Assembly: GCF_006345805.1 (NCBI RefSeq)
Contig: NW_021835233.1
Location: forward strand, 186,001 to 250,000
Source: Octopus sinensis
Taxonomy: Eukaryota
Direction: 5' to 3'
DNA: 64,000 nt
Of the stretch, positions 49,401 to 62,018 are shown in pieces (position 1 is the first letter of the stretch; each line of letters begins with the position of its first letter). The translations under genes were made by a program, and so were the position numbers. The notes beneath the pieces were generated by a model, which saw only the letters and a list, made by a program, of their open reading frames with translations, had not been told where the DNA came from and made no database searches.

Positions 49401-50649
49401 ATATTAAACCATGTCGAAGCACACATATCGTTACCGATTCCATGATCTCTTCAGATCGCTGCCGTTAATTCCACGCTTTTCTTGTACTCCGCTCCATAAA
49501 CCGACTCATAAAACATTTCACTACACGCACTTTGTGAAGTTTTGTTTGCTATCTGTTTGCTATCTCAGACTGCGAAAGTAGCATGAGGAACTGTTTTTAA
49601 ATGGGTATAATGCCGCTGGTGCCAGCAACGATGATAGTGATGGTGGTGAGGATTGTGACGATCGTGATGACAATTATGATGATGATGACGATGATCGTCT
49701 TGGTGTATACGTCTTCCTCATACTAAAATGTTACATACTGAAGAAATGTGTTTTATGATTCATGTATTTATTTAGTTATTTATTTATTTATTTTCATCTT
49801 TTTTTGGTATATTTTCATGTCATGTTGAAAAAGAAAAATTATAAAAAAAAAAAAAACAAAAACAAAAACAGAACAAAAATAAAATATCTGGAATGCATTT
49901 AAAATACCAAACGTTTATTTGGAATCTTTGATCTTTACTTTTAAATGAACTGTTTTCTTCAATGTCTGTTTTAGATCTCTCGTTTTTTGTCTTTCATCAT
50001 CATCATCGTCATCATCATCGCCATCATCATCATTGCTACTACTACTACTATTACAACTACTACAACACAGATTAAATGGAACTGTGCTGTTGCCGATTTT
50101 TTCCAAAGAGACAACTGGTCTACTGACCCAAAGTTTATAATCTGAAGCAGTGTTGCTTGCATTCAACTTCTTCTTCTTGTTTTGATCGACCAATTCAATA
50201 ATAATAATGTTGCGTTTCCATTTGATGGTTCTGTAACTGGAATCTGGGAGGGACTCCAATTGCAAAATCGTTTATTTATTTTCTGTTTATTCTTCTCGCT
50301 TCTAAGAAACGATTGAAATATTTACGAAAAATAATGGTAAAAAATTTTGGAGATATACTTGCATAGCAAGTGACCTGATAAAAGAAAAAGGAAATGGTTT
50401 AAAATATTTAAAAATATTTATGTACTTTATGTTTTTTTTTACTTGTTTCAATCATTTGACTGTGGCCATGCTGGAGCACTGCCTTATAGTCGAAGAAATC
50501 GACCCTGGGATTTATTTGTTTGTAAGCCTTGTACTTATTGTATTGGTCTCTTTTGACAAACCGCTAAGTTACAGGGACGTAAACGTACCAACATCGGTTA
50601 TCAAACAATGATGGTGGGGACAAACACAGACACAAAGATACACACACAT

Positions 50650-50684
<35 letters not shown>

Positions 50685-50692
50685 ACACTTTT

Positions 50693-51475
50693 GAATTGTG
50701 ACTTCCCTAACCAGGATGTGAGTTCATAGTTACAATTCCAAACATCCAAATGTACGAGGGTGAGTCAAAAAGTAATGCCATTTTGTTTAGGACAGGTATA
50801 ATTATCAACACAGGAACATGTATCATACATCAAAATGAAGCTGGCCGTCTGTGGATCACATCCATACTTCTCAACATAGTCAGCATTTCTCTCAATGGCA
50901 ATGTTCCACCTTCAAACTAGAGCATGTATTCCTGCCCTGTAAAATTCTGTTGACTGTTCTTTGAGCCACTTCTTCGCTACAGTTTTCACTTCCTCATCAC
51001 TGGAATAATGTGACTATGTTGAGAAGTAGGGATGTGATCCACAGGGGACCAGCTTCATTTTGATGTATGATACATGTTCCTGTGTTGGTAATTATACCTG
51101 TCCTAAACAAAATGGCATTACATTTTGACTCACACTCGTATATATATATATGATAGCCTGAAGGTGCTAAATCTGGTGAGTGTAGAGGTAGTTAAGACGT
51201 GGCTCAAAGAACAGTCAATAGAATTTTACGGGGCAGGGATACATGCTCTCATTCGAAGGTGGAACATTGCTATTAAGAGAAATAGTGACCATGCTGAGAA
51301 GTAGGGATGTGATCCACAGAGGACCAGCTTCATTTTGATGTCTGATACATGTTCCTGTGTTGGTAATTATACCTGTCCTAAACAAAATAGCATTACTTTT
51401 TGACTCACCTTCGTGCATTTGGATGTTTGGAATTGTAACTATGAACTCACATCCTGGCTAGGGAAGTCACAATTC
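50693..51475. mobile_element. Rearranged mariner-derived foldback
   Basis: TA|CGAGGGTGAGTCAAAAAG TIR. Mariner C-terminal peptides on both strands (SDEEVK..WLKEQSTEFYRAGIHAL; PLHSPDLAPSGY; FYGAGIHALIRRWNIAI). Confidence 0.75.
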
Positions 51476-51833
51476 TTGTCCGTGGACAAGATATCCTATG
51501 AACTGCTGGGTGGATTCAAATGAAACTTCCAGGGATGTTTGGTCTCATGACTGGCATGAGCCAATTAGATTTTGGAATTGATCTGGTACCAGACAGTGAT
51601 TCTGGATTATTTTTCTGCTTTTTTTTTACTTAATTTTTGAGAGCAGCCGGATTCATTTTTAGTATTCTCGTTTGTGAGAACAGTCGAGTTTATTTCAGAT
51701 ACTCTCATTTTAAAAATCCTCTCCAGCTAATCACTGAAAGGATGTTGGTGTTGCCTTGATAGAGGTTTACACTCTTTGAGTGCTCTTGTCATTATTAATT
51801 AATTAATTCATTCATTTATTTATTTTTCTGCAG

Positions 51834-51931
51834 ATCATCCTGAAAAACAAAGAGAAATGCTGAACAAGTTTCACGACTACCAAAGAAAAGCTGAAATGTA
51901 TTACATATACCACAACATACATGAATATGTG
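51834..51931 (+). CDS. IFT122: IFT122 internal exon (window exon 8), ending at a GC donor
   Basis: ctgcag|AT CAT...GTG|gcaagt. (D)HPEKQREMLNKFHDYQRKAEMYYIYHNIHEYV. 98 nt. The 3' boundary comes from alignment to human HRHT|EDPF; an alternative GT 3 nt upstream is also in frame. Confidence 0.9.
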
Positions 51932-51937
51932 GCAAGT
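51932..51937 (+). promoter_or_regulatory. Non-canonical GC-AG intron donor
   Basis: GCAAGT has consensus +3 to +6 (AAGT) and keeps the aligned residue V (human T). Confidence 0.75.
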
Positions 51938-53685
51938 TTCTGAAATTTTTCTTTGCCTGGTGTTATCTTTGATCTGATAGCGAGAGACTCAAGTTAATTT
52001 AATATAGTTTCTAGAATGTTATAAAGTAATTCCTACAAATGTTATAAAGTAAGTCCTGCATTTGTGGAACTTCTCTACAATAATTGCAGTGGATCTCTGA
52101 TGTGAATGTGATGTTAAAAATACTTACCGTTTCAAAGGAAAATAATGCAGAAGTTAAGCATTACTGAATTTCTTGTGTGTCAGAAATATCACTTTGGGAT
52201 TTTTCTGGGAATAGAATTCTTCATGATTTCTAAGAACCCACAGAAAACAGTCGTTACCATCTCTAATGAGTCAAGCAAGTTATCCATCGTAATTTGCTTC
52301 CCAACCATGTGGCTTCAAGTTCAGTCCCACTGCATAGCACCTTACACTTGTGTCTTCTATTAAGGCTCCAGGCTGACCAAAGCCTTCTGAGTGGATTTGT
52401 TTGATGGACGTTGTAGAAGCCCATCATATTCCCCAATTTATCCATTGATTGATCCGTCCATCTGTATGGTTGTTTGTTTCTCTTATGTATGCTGGTTTGG
52501 TTTAACAGTGGCCTCCTGCTGGTGTCATTGGATTGTAGTCCACCATGAAAGGACATCCAGTCTTCCAACCATGTTGTGCAATCTATGTAAACAAAAACCT
52601 CCTTAAACAGCATTGCCCTTTTCCAGTTCCCCACAAAAACATGTCTGGGCTGTTAGTTCTTCAATAGTCTGGGAGACTATTACGTCGCTTGAAAACTAGT
52701 AGGGGTTCGCATCAGGAATGATACTAGGCTATAGAAAATGTCTACCTCATTGTACTCTCATTTCAGCTGTGTAAGTATAGAGTGGCAGATGTTAAAATGA
52801 TTTTAATGAGGTGCAGGTGTGCCTGTGCGGTAAGATGTTTACTTCCCAACCACATGGTCCTGGGTTCAGTCCCACTGTGTGACACCTTGGGCAAGTGTCT
52901 TGTCTTCTACTGTCGCCTCAGGCTGACCAAAGCCTTGCGAGTGAATTTGGGTAGAAACCCGTTGTATACATACCTGTACATATGTGTCTGTGTTTGTCCC
53001 CCGCTACTACTTCACAACCAGGGTTGGTGTGTTTACATCCCTGTGACTTAGTGGTTCGGCAAAAGAACTAATAGAATAAGTGCCATGCTTATAAAAAGAA
53101 AATTAGTACCGGGGTTGATTCATTTAACTAAAATTTCTTCAAGAAAGATGAACTTAGTTTTGCTAATTAATTTTCTCATTTGAGCATTTAAAAAAAAAAC
53201 ACATATTAAATCATCATTTAGATTTTTTAATTATCACTTTTAGTTGCTAATTGGTAGTCATTCTAGTTCAGTTACTCGAAATAAATTAATGTTTGCACTA
53301 ATAATACTGTCGTTTTAAAAATTTTACGTGATGACTGTGTTAAGGTAAGATCTTATCTACCTGATTGTTCGTTGTGCTAGAAGTAGCTGTCAAATCACCC
53401 TCAAACCACATCTTGCTCTCTTAAAAAAGAAGTGGAAGGATGAGTTGGGGTTAAAAAATAATAGAAAAATTATGATCCCTTTTGGTTATAGTTCTGATCA
53501 GTCTAAGCTTATCCCTGGCTAAACAACAACAACAGTAACAACAACAACAACATCAACAACTGAGTATTTAATTAAAAAATATAATTATTTGTTTCTTACA
53601 TAGATGTCCTGTCTTGTGAGCTGCTGTTTATAAAATTTCATGTCAATTTGTGTTTCAAACACCAAGCTTAATGATGACAAAACTA

Positions 53686-53840
53686 CTTGTGGCTGTGTGG
53701 TAAGGGGCTTGCTTATGAACCACATGGTTCCGGGTTCAGTCCCACTGCGTGTCACCTTAGGCAAGTGTCTTCTACTATAGCCTCGGGCCGACCAAAGCCT
53801 TGTGAGTGGATTTGGTAGACAGAAACTGAAAGAAGCCTAT

Positions 53841-53887
<47 letters not shown>

Positions 53888-54100
53888 TTGTGTGTCTGTG
53901 TTTGTCCCCCTAACATCACTTGACAACCAATGCTGGTATGTTTACATCCCCGTAACTTAGTGGTTCGGCAAAAGAGACCGATAAAATAAGTACTAGGCTT
54001 ACAAAGAATAAGTCCTGGGATCGATTTGCTCGACTAAAGGCAGTACTCCAGCACGGCCAAAGTCACATGACTGAAGCAAGTAAAAGAGTAAAAGAGTAAA
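53686..54100 (+). mobile_element. SINE family A
   Basis: Full copy; another diverged copy at about 52815-53150. Confidence 0.8.
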
Positions 54101-55261
54101 GAGTACAAAAATATGGTAAGGAACGGGTTAAACTGACCATAACTGGCTTTGGAAGCAATAAAAAAAATTCCACCGAATAACAGAGGCTGTCACATTATTG
54201 TTTTCTTTTCGTTTCAACATTTTATCATTGTTATTTGAATATCACGACATATCTAACAGCCAAATAATATGAATGTTAAATAGTTAAAGATGAGAGCATT
54301 AGCGATATATCAATATCATAGCTTCCAATAGCCAGGTTAAGAGATTTTTCACTTTAATAACTCAGTCACTCTGATCCTGAAATTATTGGAAACTATCCTA
54401 AATGGTGTTGCTGACAGAGATAATAAATGCCAGCTATTATCAGATTAGAGCTGTAAGTACTGCTAAGCATGGCTGACACTTGAACTTTGATGATGTGGGA
54501 AGCTCATCAATTCTTAATTGTGCTGATGGGCAGGCTGAATTGTGAAAGATGTAGGCGATACTGACCAGGAAATTATGTCTGTGCTTTGGTTTTAGTTTCT
54601 GCTTGAACACAATTGATTTTCTTTTACAGTGCTATTAAAACCTTTTAGTAACCGATATCCATTCCCTAAATATTTATGGTTTCCTTCAGAAATAAAAATT
54701 CTCTCTTGTTGTTGTTGTTGTTGATTAGCCCCCACCTCAGCCCTGACTGATCAAGCTATCAAAGCCAGTCCAGCCATGATCCTTTCATCTATTTAAAGGT
54801 ATCAGGAATACACTGCCTATTGTGTCCTTTCCTTACTTAACCCTTTCGATACCAACCCGGATGAAACCACCTCTGGCTCTGTAGTACAAACATATATGTA
54901 AATCCTTAAATCCTTTAAAATGTTTTAGCCCGAAGGCCACGGCCATGCTGGGGCATGACATATTTATATACATAAACACACACACTTATATATAAATATA
55001 TATATACAGAACAGGCTTCTTTCAGTTTCTGTCTACCAAATCCACTCACAAGGCTTTGATTGGCCTAATCAAGACACTTGCCCAAGGTGCCACACAGTGG
55101 GACTGAACCCGGAACCATGTGGTCAGGAAGCAAGCTCCTAAAATATAATAAATAAATAAATTCACATTTCTTTCAATTATTTCTTTTTTGTTCCATTTTT
55201 TCTTTTTCTTTTTTTTCTTTGTGCAAGAATAATATCTCTTGTTTTTTTCTCTCTTTTCCAG

Positions 55262-55362
55262 GAAGAACCATTTACCTCTCATATGCCACTGACTATGTTT
55301 AATATGGCTTGTTATTTATGGCATCTCCTCCAGAAGGAATCACCATTGGGAATATCAAAAGT
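55262..55362 (+). CDS. IFT122: IFT122 internal exon (window exon 9), followed by a U12-type donor
   Basis: ttccag|GAA...AAA GT|gtatcctttt. EEPFTSHMPLTMFNMACYLWHLLQKESPLGISK(V) matches [34 protein letters not shown]. 101 nt. The next exon was not found before 64000. Confidence 0.92.
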
Positions 55363-55372
55363 GTATCCTTTT
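55363..55372 (+). promoter_or_regulatory. U12-type (minor spliceosome) 5' splice site
   Basis: GTATCCTTTT matches the U12 donor consensus RTATCCTTT exactly at the exon end predicted by homology. The branch site is not in the window. Confidence 0.8.
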
Positions 55373-55527
55373 ATTTGCGTTTTGTTGTTGATCACTTCAT
55401 TTTGTTTTTATTTTATTGTATTTACCTGGCTTGTAATTTGCACATTTGATGATATTTAAATTTTTTTACTTCATCTGCCTCTGTTGTTTTTACCAGTGGA
55501 TCTCTTTGTGTGTGTGTGTGTGTGTGA

Positions 55528-55576
<49 letters not shown>

Positions 55577-56147
55577 ATAGGTGTAGGTGTGGCTGTGTGG
55601 TAAGAAGTTTCTTTACCAGACACATGGTTCCAGGTTATGGTCCTTTGTGTGACAGCTTGGTCAAGTGCCTTTTGCTATAATCTTGAACTAACCAAAGCCT
55701 TGTGAATGGATGTGTTAGACGGAAAATGAAAGAAACCCATTATATATATATATATATATATTATATATATCATCATCATCATCATCATTTAGCATCCGCT
55801 TTCCATGCTAGCATGGGTTGGACGGTTCAACTGGGGTCTGTGAAGCCAGAAGGCTGCATCAGGCCCAGTCTGATCTGGCAGTGTATATAAATAATATATA
55901 AATATATGCATATATGTATACATATATGTACATACCTACATCTGTATGTATATATACATGCATATATGTGTACAGGACATCAGAAAAACGTTGAACACAA
56001 TGAGAAACGAAAACATAAAAACAAAAACATGGAAACGTACTATTTTTCAAACAATGAAAAAACAGAGTACAAGACATACAACACAAAGAATATTCCCCTT
56101 CTCCAGTTGTCCCTGTTTCGTCTACTCCGCATTTCGAAGGTTATATA

Positions 56148-56236
<89 letters not shown>

Positions 56237-56287
56237 CTATATATATATATATATTATATATATATATATGTATATATGTATATATTG

Positions 56288-56320
<33 letters not shown>

Positions 56321-56615
56321 GTATATATATGTATATATATATATACCTGTTTGTGTCTGCCTTCCAATTGCTGTTTTTACTGAGATCTCCCTTTTTAGTA
56401 GAAGAAATAGCTATAACCCTTTGACTGCTATTTCTAAATTCGGTATGTGGTAAGGCAATTCGTTGCTAAACCCTTTATTGCTTAGTATATATATATATAT
56501 ATATATATATATGTGAGAAGAAAATGGATATAATAACTATGGAAAACTCGTGGTTTTCGCTGGTATGTCTTTAATTAAATAGATAACAAAGGAGGAAGAA
56601 GATGAGATGAGGGTA

Positions 56616-56666
56616 GCATTTATGATCGTTTCAATTTACTGGTTTAAGTAAATCTCTTCAGAATGC
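56616..56666 (-). ncRNA. Minimal type-I hammerhead motif
   Basis: GCAUU CUGAAGA GAUUUACU-UAAACC-AGUAAAUU GAA ACGAUCAU A AAUGC. Stem I 5 bp, stem II 8 bp; helix III is one substitution from the palindrome ACGAUCGU. Confidence 0.7.
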
Positions 56667-56863
56667 AAATATAGACAGAATATAGATAGATGCGAAGATG
56701 ATTGATACATATGTGAGGGTAATGTAAACATAGTGGTAATTCTTACATGAAAATTTTGTTCTTACACTGGTAAATTCACTGGGTAGGGGTTTGCTTGTGG
56801 TAGATTGGTTAGTTAGAATGATGGTGAACATAGTTTGCAGTATGGTTGCAGATTTGACCAAAG

Positions 56864-57086
56864 TATGATGGGGTGCTTGAAAGTTCCTGATTTTAAGGGT
56901 ATCACAAAAGACCCGACTGTAGGCCCAATCTACCCCCTTCTTTCACAGGCCTTGGAAAAACTGAAGGACTCCTGCAATTAGTGTGTGAATCTGAGAGGGG
57001 AATATGTTGAATAAAATCATAATTAACTGATCCTCCAATATTTTCTTTTGCCCCAAACCAGGAACTTTCCAGCATCTTCTTGAATA
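56864..57086 (+). mobile_element. Mariner-derived MITE
   Basis: Degenerate TIRs (GGGGTGCTTGAAAGTTCCTG / CAGGAACTTTCCAGCATC). Encodes ALEKLKDSCN*CVNLRGEYVE*, typical of a mariner C-terminus. Confidence 0.65.
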
Positions 57087-57671
57087 GCACATCTTCTTTA
57101 GGGATTCAGTTGGAATGTCCCCCACTGCCTTCCAAAAATCACTGCCCAGGCACACTCCCCTGTTATAAACCTGCAAGAACGGAGGACTGTTTAATGATGA
57201 CTGCTAAAGTCTCCACTTTTTCCGTTGCTTCCTATGATTTCTTAATTGTCATGATCGAGAGATTATAATTACACAGTGAGTCTGGTCGCCTTTGCTCAAG
57301 GATATTATCGCAAGCAGTGTGCATTAATTCAATATTGATGGAGCTGGAACCCGAGGAAGTGAATAATTACCTTTATTAACACGAGTAAAAGTTGTCCTCT
57401 TGTTAATTTAGAGTTGGACGATTTTCAAAGTTAGCAATGATTGTAAGTTTAAAGATGTCTGTGTGTGTGTTTGTGTCTGTGTGTGTGTGTTTGCATCTGT
57501 GTGTGTGTTTGTGTGTGAGGGCTTCTCCTGACTATATTTGCTAAGTTAACAATTGACCGAGTTTAAAGATACTATTTACAGTTGCATCATTTACATTAAC
57601 GACATGAGCATAATGTTAATTATTTCCATTTATTTAATCGCTTACACTTCACGTCATATGTATGTATGTGT

Positions 57672-58060
57672 TCTTTTATTCTTTTACTTGCTTCAGTCAT
57701 TTGGCTGTGGCCAGGCTGGAGCACAGCCTTTAGTCAAATCGACCCCAGGACTTATTCTTTGCAAGCCTGGCACTTATTCTATTGGTATCTTTTGCCAAAG
57801 TGCTAAGTTACAGCGATGTAAACACACTGGCATCAGTTGTCAAGCAAAGGTCAGGGGACAAACACAGACACACACACACATACACATACACACAGACAGA
57901 TGATTGGCTTCTTTCAGTTTCCGTCTACCAAATCCACTCACAAGGCTTTGATTGGTCCGAGGTTATAGTAGAAAACACTTGCCCAAGGTGCCAAGCAGTG
58001 GGACTGAACCCAGAACCATGTGGTTGATAAGCAAGCTACTTACCACACAGCCACTCCTGC
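57672..58060 (-). mobile_element. SINE family A
   Basis: Reverse-complement full copy. Partial copies also at ~180-480, 1500-1697, 4160-4460, 50425-50680 and 59080-59245. Confidence 0.8.
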
Positions 58061-58094
58061 ATCTATATATATATACAAATTAATAACGCGGGGT

Positions 58095-58177
58095 ACTAGA
58101 GCTAGCACCAGCATGCTAAAATAGCTGTCTTAAGTCATTTCTGACTTCTATTTTAGCATGCTAGTGCTATCTCTAGT
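58095..58177. repeat. Short hairpin, 30-bp arms with 2 mismatches
   Basis: ACTAGAGCTAGCACCAGCATGCTAAAATAG / CTATTTTAGCATGCTAGTGCTATCTCTAGT. Confidence 0.8.
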
Positions 58178-58260
58178 TCCCTTCATTACTAATTAATAAT
58201 AATTTACCTTTATAGTTTTCTTTCATGCTTGCTAAGCCACTGATATTGTAATCAATATCC

Positions 58261-58303
<43 letters not shown>

Positions 58304-58770
58304 CAAAGAGTACAAAAACCACAGAAGACTTGTGTTATTAGGTTAAAGAATATATTTAAATTATTACGTTAGAAAATTGTTAGAAAATTTTGCGTATAGT
58401 AACATCGTTTTGGGAGAAATAACCAGTTTCTTATTTTCTTTTCAAATTTCTCGAATTCCTTTACTTATATTGTGTCTTGTCTTTGCTATGTTGTGAAATA
58501 TGGAGTTCCAGGCAGGGGAAGGTAATCCAGGATTTTTTTCCAGTATAAGGGAGATAATCAAAAATGCTGGGAATGACTAGGTTTTATTAATTTAACATGA
58601 TTTGGTTTAGAAGGAAGAGAATGTTACAAGTGGTTAGGTTTTGCTTTATATTTTTTTCAATGAGGCGAGTTTCCTTATTTTATCTAACTTCTGTTTTAAC
58701 TCTTTTTTGTCTTTTATACATCCAACCATGTGCTTTCACATACCAATTCTCTCACCTATATATATATATA

Positions 58771-59030
58771 TCTCTATCCACTCAGTTGAAGTCAACTCTC
58801 GGTCACTTGTTGGATCAGTGTCCTCCAGTCAGTTCTATCCTGGGCCGCTTCGTTCAGATTGGCTATGTCCATTCCGGTATCCCTCTTGATGGTGTCAAGC
58901 CAGCGGGTTCTTGGTCGGCCTCTTCCTCCCTTGCCACTGACCATTCCGAACATGATGTCCTTCTCCAGGGATTTTCTCCACATAATATGACCGAAATATG
59001 CCAATCATTTAATGCCCCCATTTCCATGTA
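58771..59030 (-). mobile_element. RTE-BovB-like LINE 3' end
   Basis: YFGHIMWRKSLEKDIMFGMVSGKGGRGRPRTRWLDTIK...AAQDRTDWR matches the RTE ORF C-terminus (YFGHLMRR..SLEK..MLG...RGRQRMRWLD). Confidence 0.85.
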
Positions 59031-60305
59031 GGTATGGTCTGGATGGATCACCAGACACAAACATACAAACATATACATATGTATATATTTGGATTTCAGT
59101 TTTTGTCTACCAAATCCACTTACAAGCCTTTGGCCAGCCTGAGGCTGTAGTAGAAGTCACTTGCCCAAGGCGCCACGCAATGGGACTGAACCGGGAACCA
59201 CGTGGTTGGTAAGCAAGCTTCTTACCACGCAGCCACACCTGTGCCACAGTACAGAGAACAACACTCGGTATTTACGCATCGCAGTAGTTTCATCGTTTGT
59301 GCAGTATGCAACTATCTGCAGTGTGTTTACTGCAAAGATACTTTATACTAGAATTTGTTATCCTCAAGTGAACGAACAATGCTATTTTCTGTTTTGGTCC
59401 GACTAATAAGTCACAGTACAAGAGCGTAAAAGCAAAACAGAAAATTCATATGAAGAAAATAATGCAATTTCTTCGTGGTGCTCTGGGAATTATTTCTCTG
59501 TTAATCTTGTGTATGATATGAAAGTCTGTTGGTTTCATGTTCTCTTTTATACATGCACTGGCTTACTTTCATTCAAATCTTTTAGTCTGCGAGTAAATTA
59601 TGACCACCTTAAAGTAATATATTTCAAATGAATTAATTAAAAAGTAAATAAAAAAAATATCTGCAAATATGTATGTATATATATATATATGTATATATAT
59701 ATAAAAAAATATATATAATGAAAGAAAAAGTCCGAAACTGAAATGGAAATTCCAATTCTCAGAGGAAATTGGTCTTTTGAAGTATGGTTTCTTAGAATTA
59801 CACCTAACGAAGAACGGAAGAAAATGAAAGAAAGAACATAGAGATGCAAATACATTTATATACACATATATGTGTCTATATGTATGTACATATTTATGCA
59901 TATTATATATATGTATATTATATATATATTATATATATATATATATATATGTTATATATATATATATATTATATATATATATATATATTATATATATTAT
60001 ATATATATTATATATGTATTATATATATTATATATATATATATTTATGTATGTATATATGTATTTGTATATATAATGTATATGTTATATATATGTGTGTG
60101 TGATCACTACCACCATCACCACCACCACCACCACCACCACCACCACACACCACCACCACCACCACCAGTGTTTTTATGTCTTCTTTCTCTCTACTAGTGT
60201 GGATAGTCTCTAAGAACGTATAAAATCCTTGATCAACCCATAAAACATTAACTTACATTGGTAACGGAACCAATCTCACTTGCTCTCTATTTCTCCCTCC
60301 CTCTC

Positions 60306-60348
<43 letters not shown>

Positions 60349-60612
60349 GTCTCTCTTTTCTAGTTCTTCCAATCTGACCACAAAGTGTTCTTCATTCACA
60401 GATGAAAATGGTATCAATAGAGTTACCAAACATTAATATTAGGAACAAATAATAATAATATTATCTTGATATGAGGTCACCATGTCATGCACATATGGTT
60501 GTGATGCATGTGCCTGTTGTACCCTTATCAGACGGGTAGTCATGATGGGTATACTGGGCTTCGTATATTTTACCCCAGTGCCACTTTGATGGCATGTACT
60601 GCTCTCTCACTC

Positions 60613-60644
<32 letters not shown>

Positions 60645-60655
60645 TAATAATAATA

Positions 60656-60686
<31 letters not shown>

Positions 60687-60732
60687 TAATGATAATAATA
60701 ATAATAATAATAGTAGTAATAGTAGTAGTAGT
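60613..60732. repeat. (TAA/TGA/TAG)n microsatellite
   Basis: Direct reading. Confidence 0.95.
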
Positions 60733-60928
60733 TTCAAATTGCAAGGAACGTAACATGTTTTCTGAAGAGAAATATGGTGGGTTGGAAAACTGAATTGACA
60801 TCATATGAACCAAGCTTACTCTGGGTATCAGGAGAGAGATTTTCCAAGGAGATAGCTTATGTCCATTGCTTTTTGCGTGATCCTTCTGACCTTGGTGCTT
60901 AGGAAAGCGAACCTGGGTTATCAGTTAA

Positions 60929-61149
60929 CCCTTTTGTTACTGTATTTCTGTTGAGATGCTCTATGCTTCTTCCAATTATTTTAAATATAACAAAGAATTT
61001 AGTAAAATAACTTAGTTATCATTAAGCTAGTGTTGGGAACATTAATTGCGACTGAGGTTTAGTAGAAGATTTTAATTCAGAACTTGTGAAAACAAGACAT
61101 TTGTACTACAGAGCCAGCGGTGGTTTTAGCCGGGTTGGTATCAAAAGGG
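60929..61149. mobile_element. piggyBac-type MITE
   Basis: TTAA|CCCTTTTG...CAAAAGGG|TTAA; same family; interrupts a LINE RT fragment. Confidence 0.85.
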
Positions 61150-61173
61150 TTAAAAATATCATAGTGACTTTAT

Positions 61174-61385
61174 CCCTTTTGTTACAGTATTTATTTTGTG
61201 TTTCTTTCAATTAATTCTGAACATATCAAAGAATTTAGTAAAATAACTTAGTTATCATTAAACTAGTACTAGGAACATAAATTGTGACTAAGGTTTGGTG
61301 GAAAATTTTAATTCAGAACTTTTGAAAGCCAGACATTTGTACTAAAGTGCCAGAGCCGGTTTCAGCCGGGTTGGTAACAAAAGGA
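61174..61385. mobile_element. piggyBac-type MITE (second of tandem pair)
   Basis: TTAT|CCCTTTTGTTAC...GTAACAAAAGGA|TTAA. Confidence 0.8.
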
Positions 61386-62018
61386 TTAAAGGGAAAAATA
61401 CAAAGAATGAACCAGCTCCTCTTCATGGATGATTTGAAGCTGTATGGCAAGGATGAGGCATTGGTAAGTTCCTTGGTGAACACGATCCATTGTTTCAGTG
61501 TTCACGTTAAGATGGAATTTGGACTGAAGAATTGTGGTATGATGATCCTGAGAAGAGGCAAGGAATAGACTCTGGCAGGGATAGAATTAGCAAATAGAGA
61601 AATGATGAAGCAACTTGAAACAGAAGACTATATATTTCTTTATTACCCACAAAGGGCTAAATACAGAGGGGACAAATAAGGACAGACAAACAGATTAAGT
61701 CGATTACATCGACCCCAGTGCGTAACTGGTACTTAATTTATTGACCCCGAAAGGATGAAAGGCAAAGTCAACCTCGGCGGAATTTGAACTCAGAACGTAA
61801 CAGCAGACAAAATACGGCTATGCATTTCGCCCGGCGTGCTAATGTTTCTGCCAGCTCACCACCTTAAGACTATAATTACCTTGACATAGTAGAGTTCAAT
61901 GAAATCATGGAGAAGGAAATGAAAGAATAATTGAGGAAAGAATATTTCCGAAGACTAAGAATGGTGTTAGAAAATTACCATTTTTAAATCTCACATCGAG
62001 GGATATTCAGCAACAGTA

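Noticed and set aside
49420-49460. Minus-strand CTGAAGA-GAT...ATC-GGTAA
   Set aside because: The second core strand and stem I do not fit.
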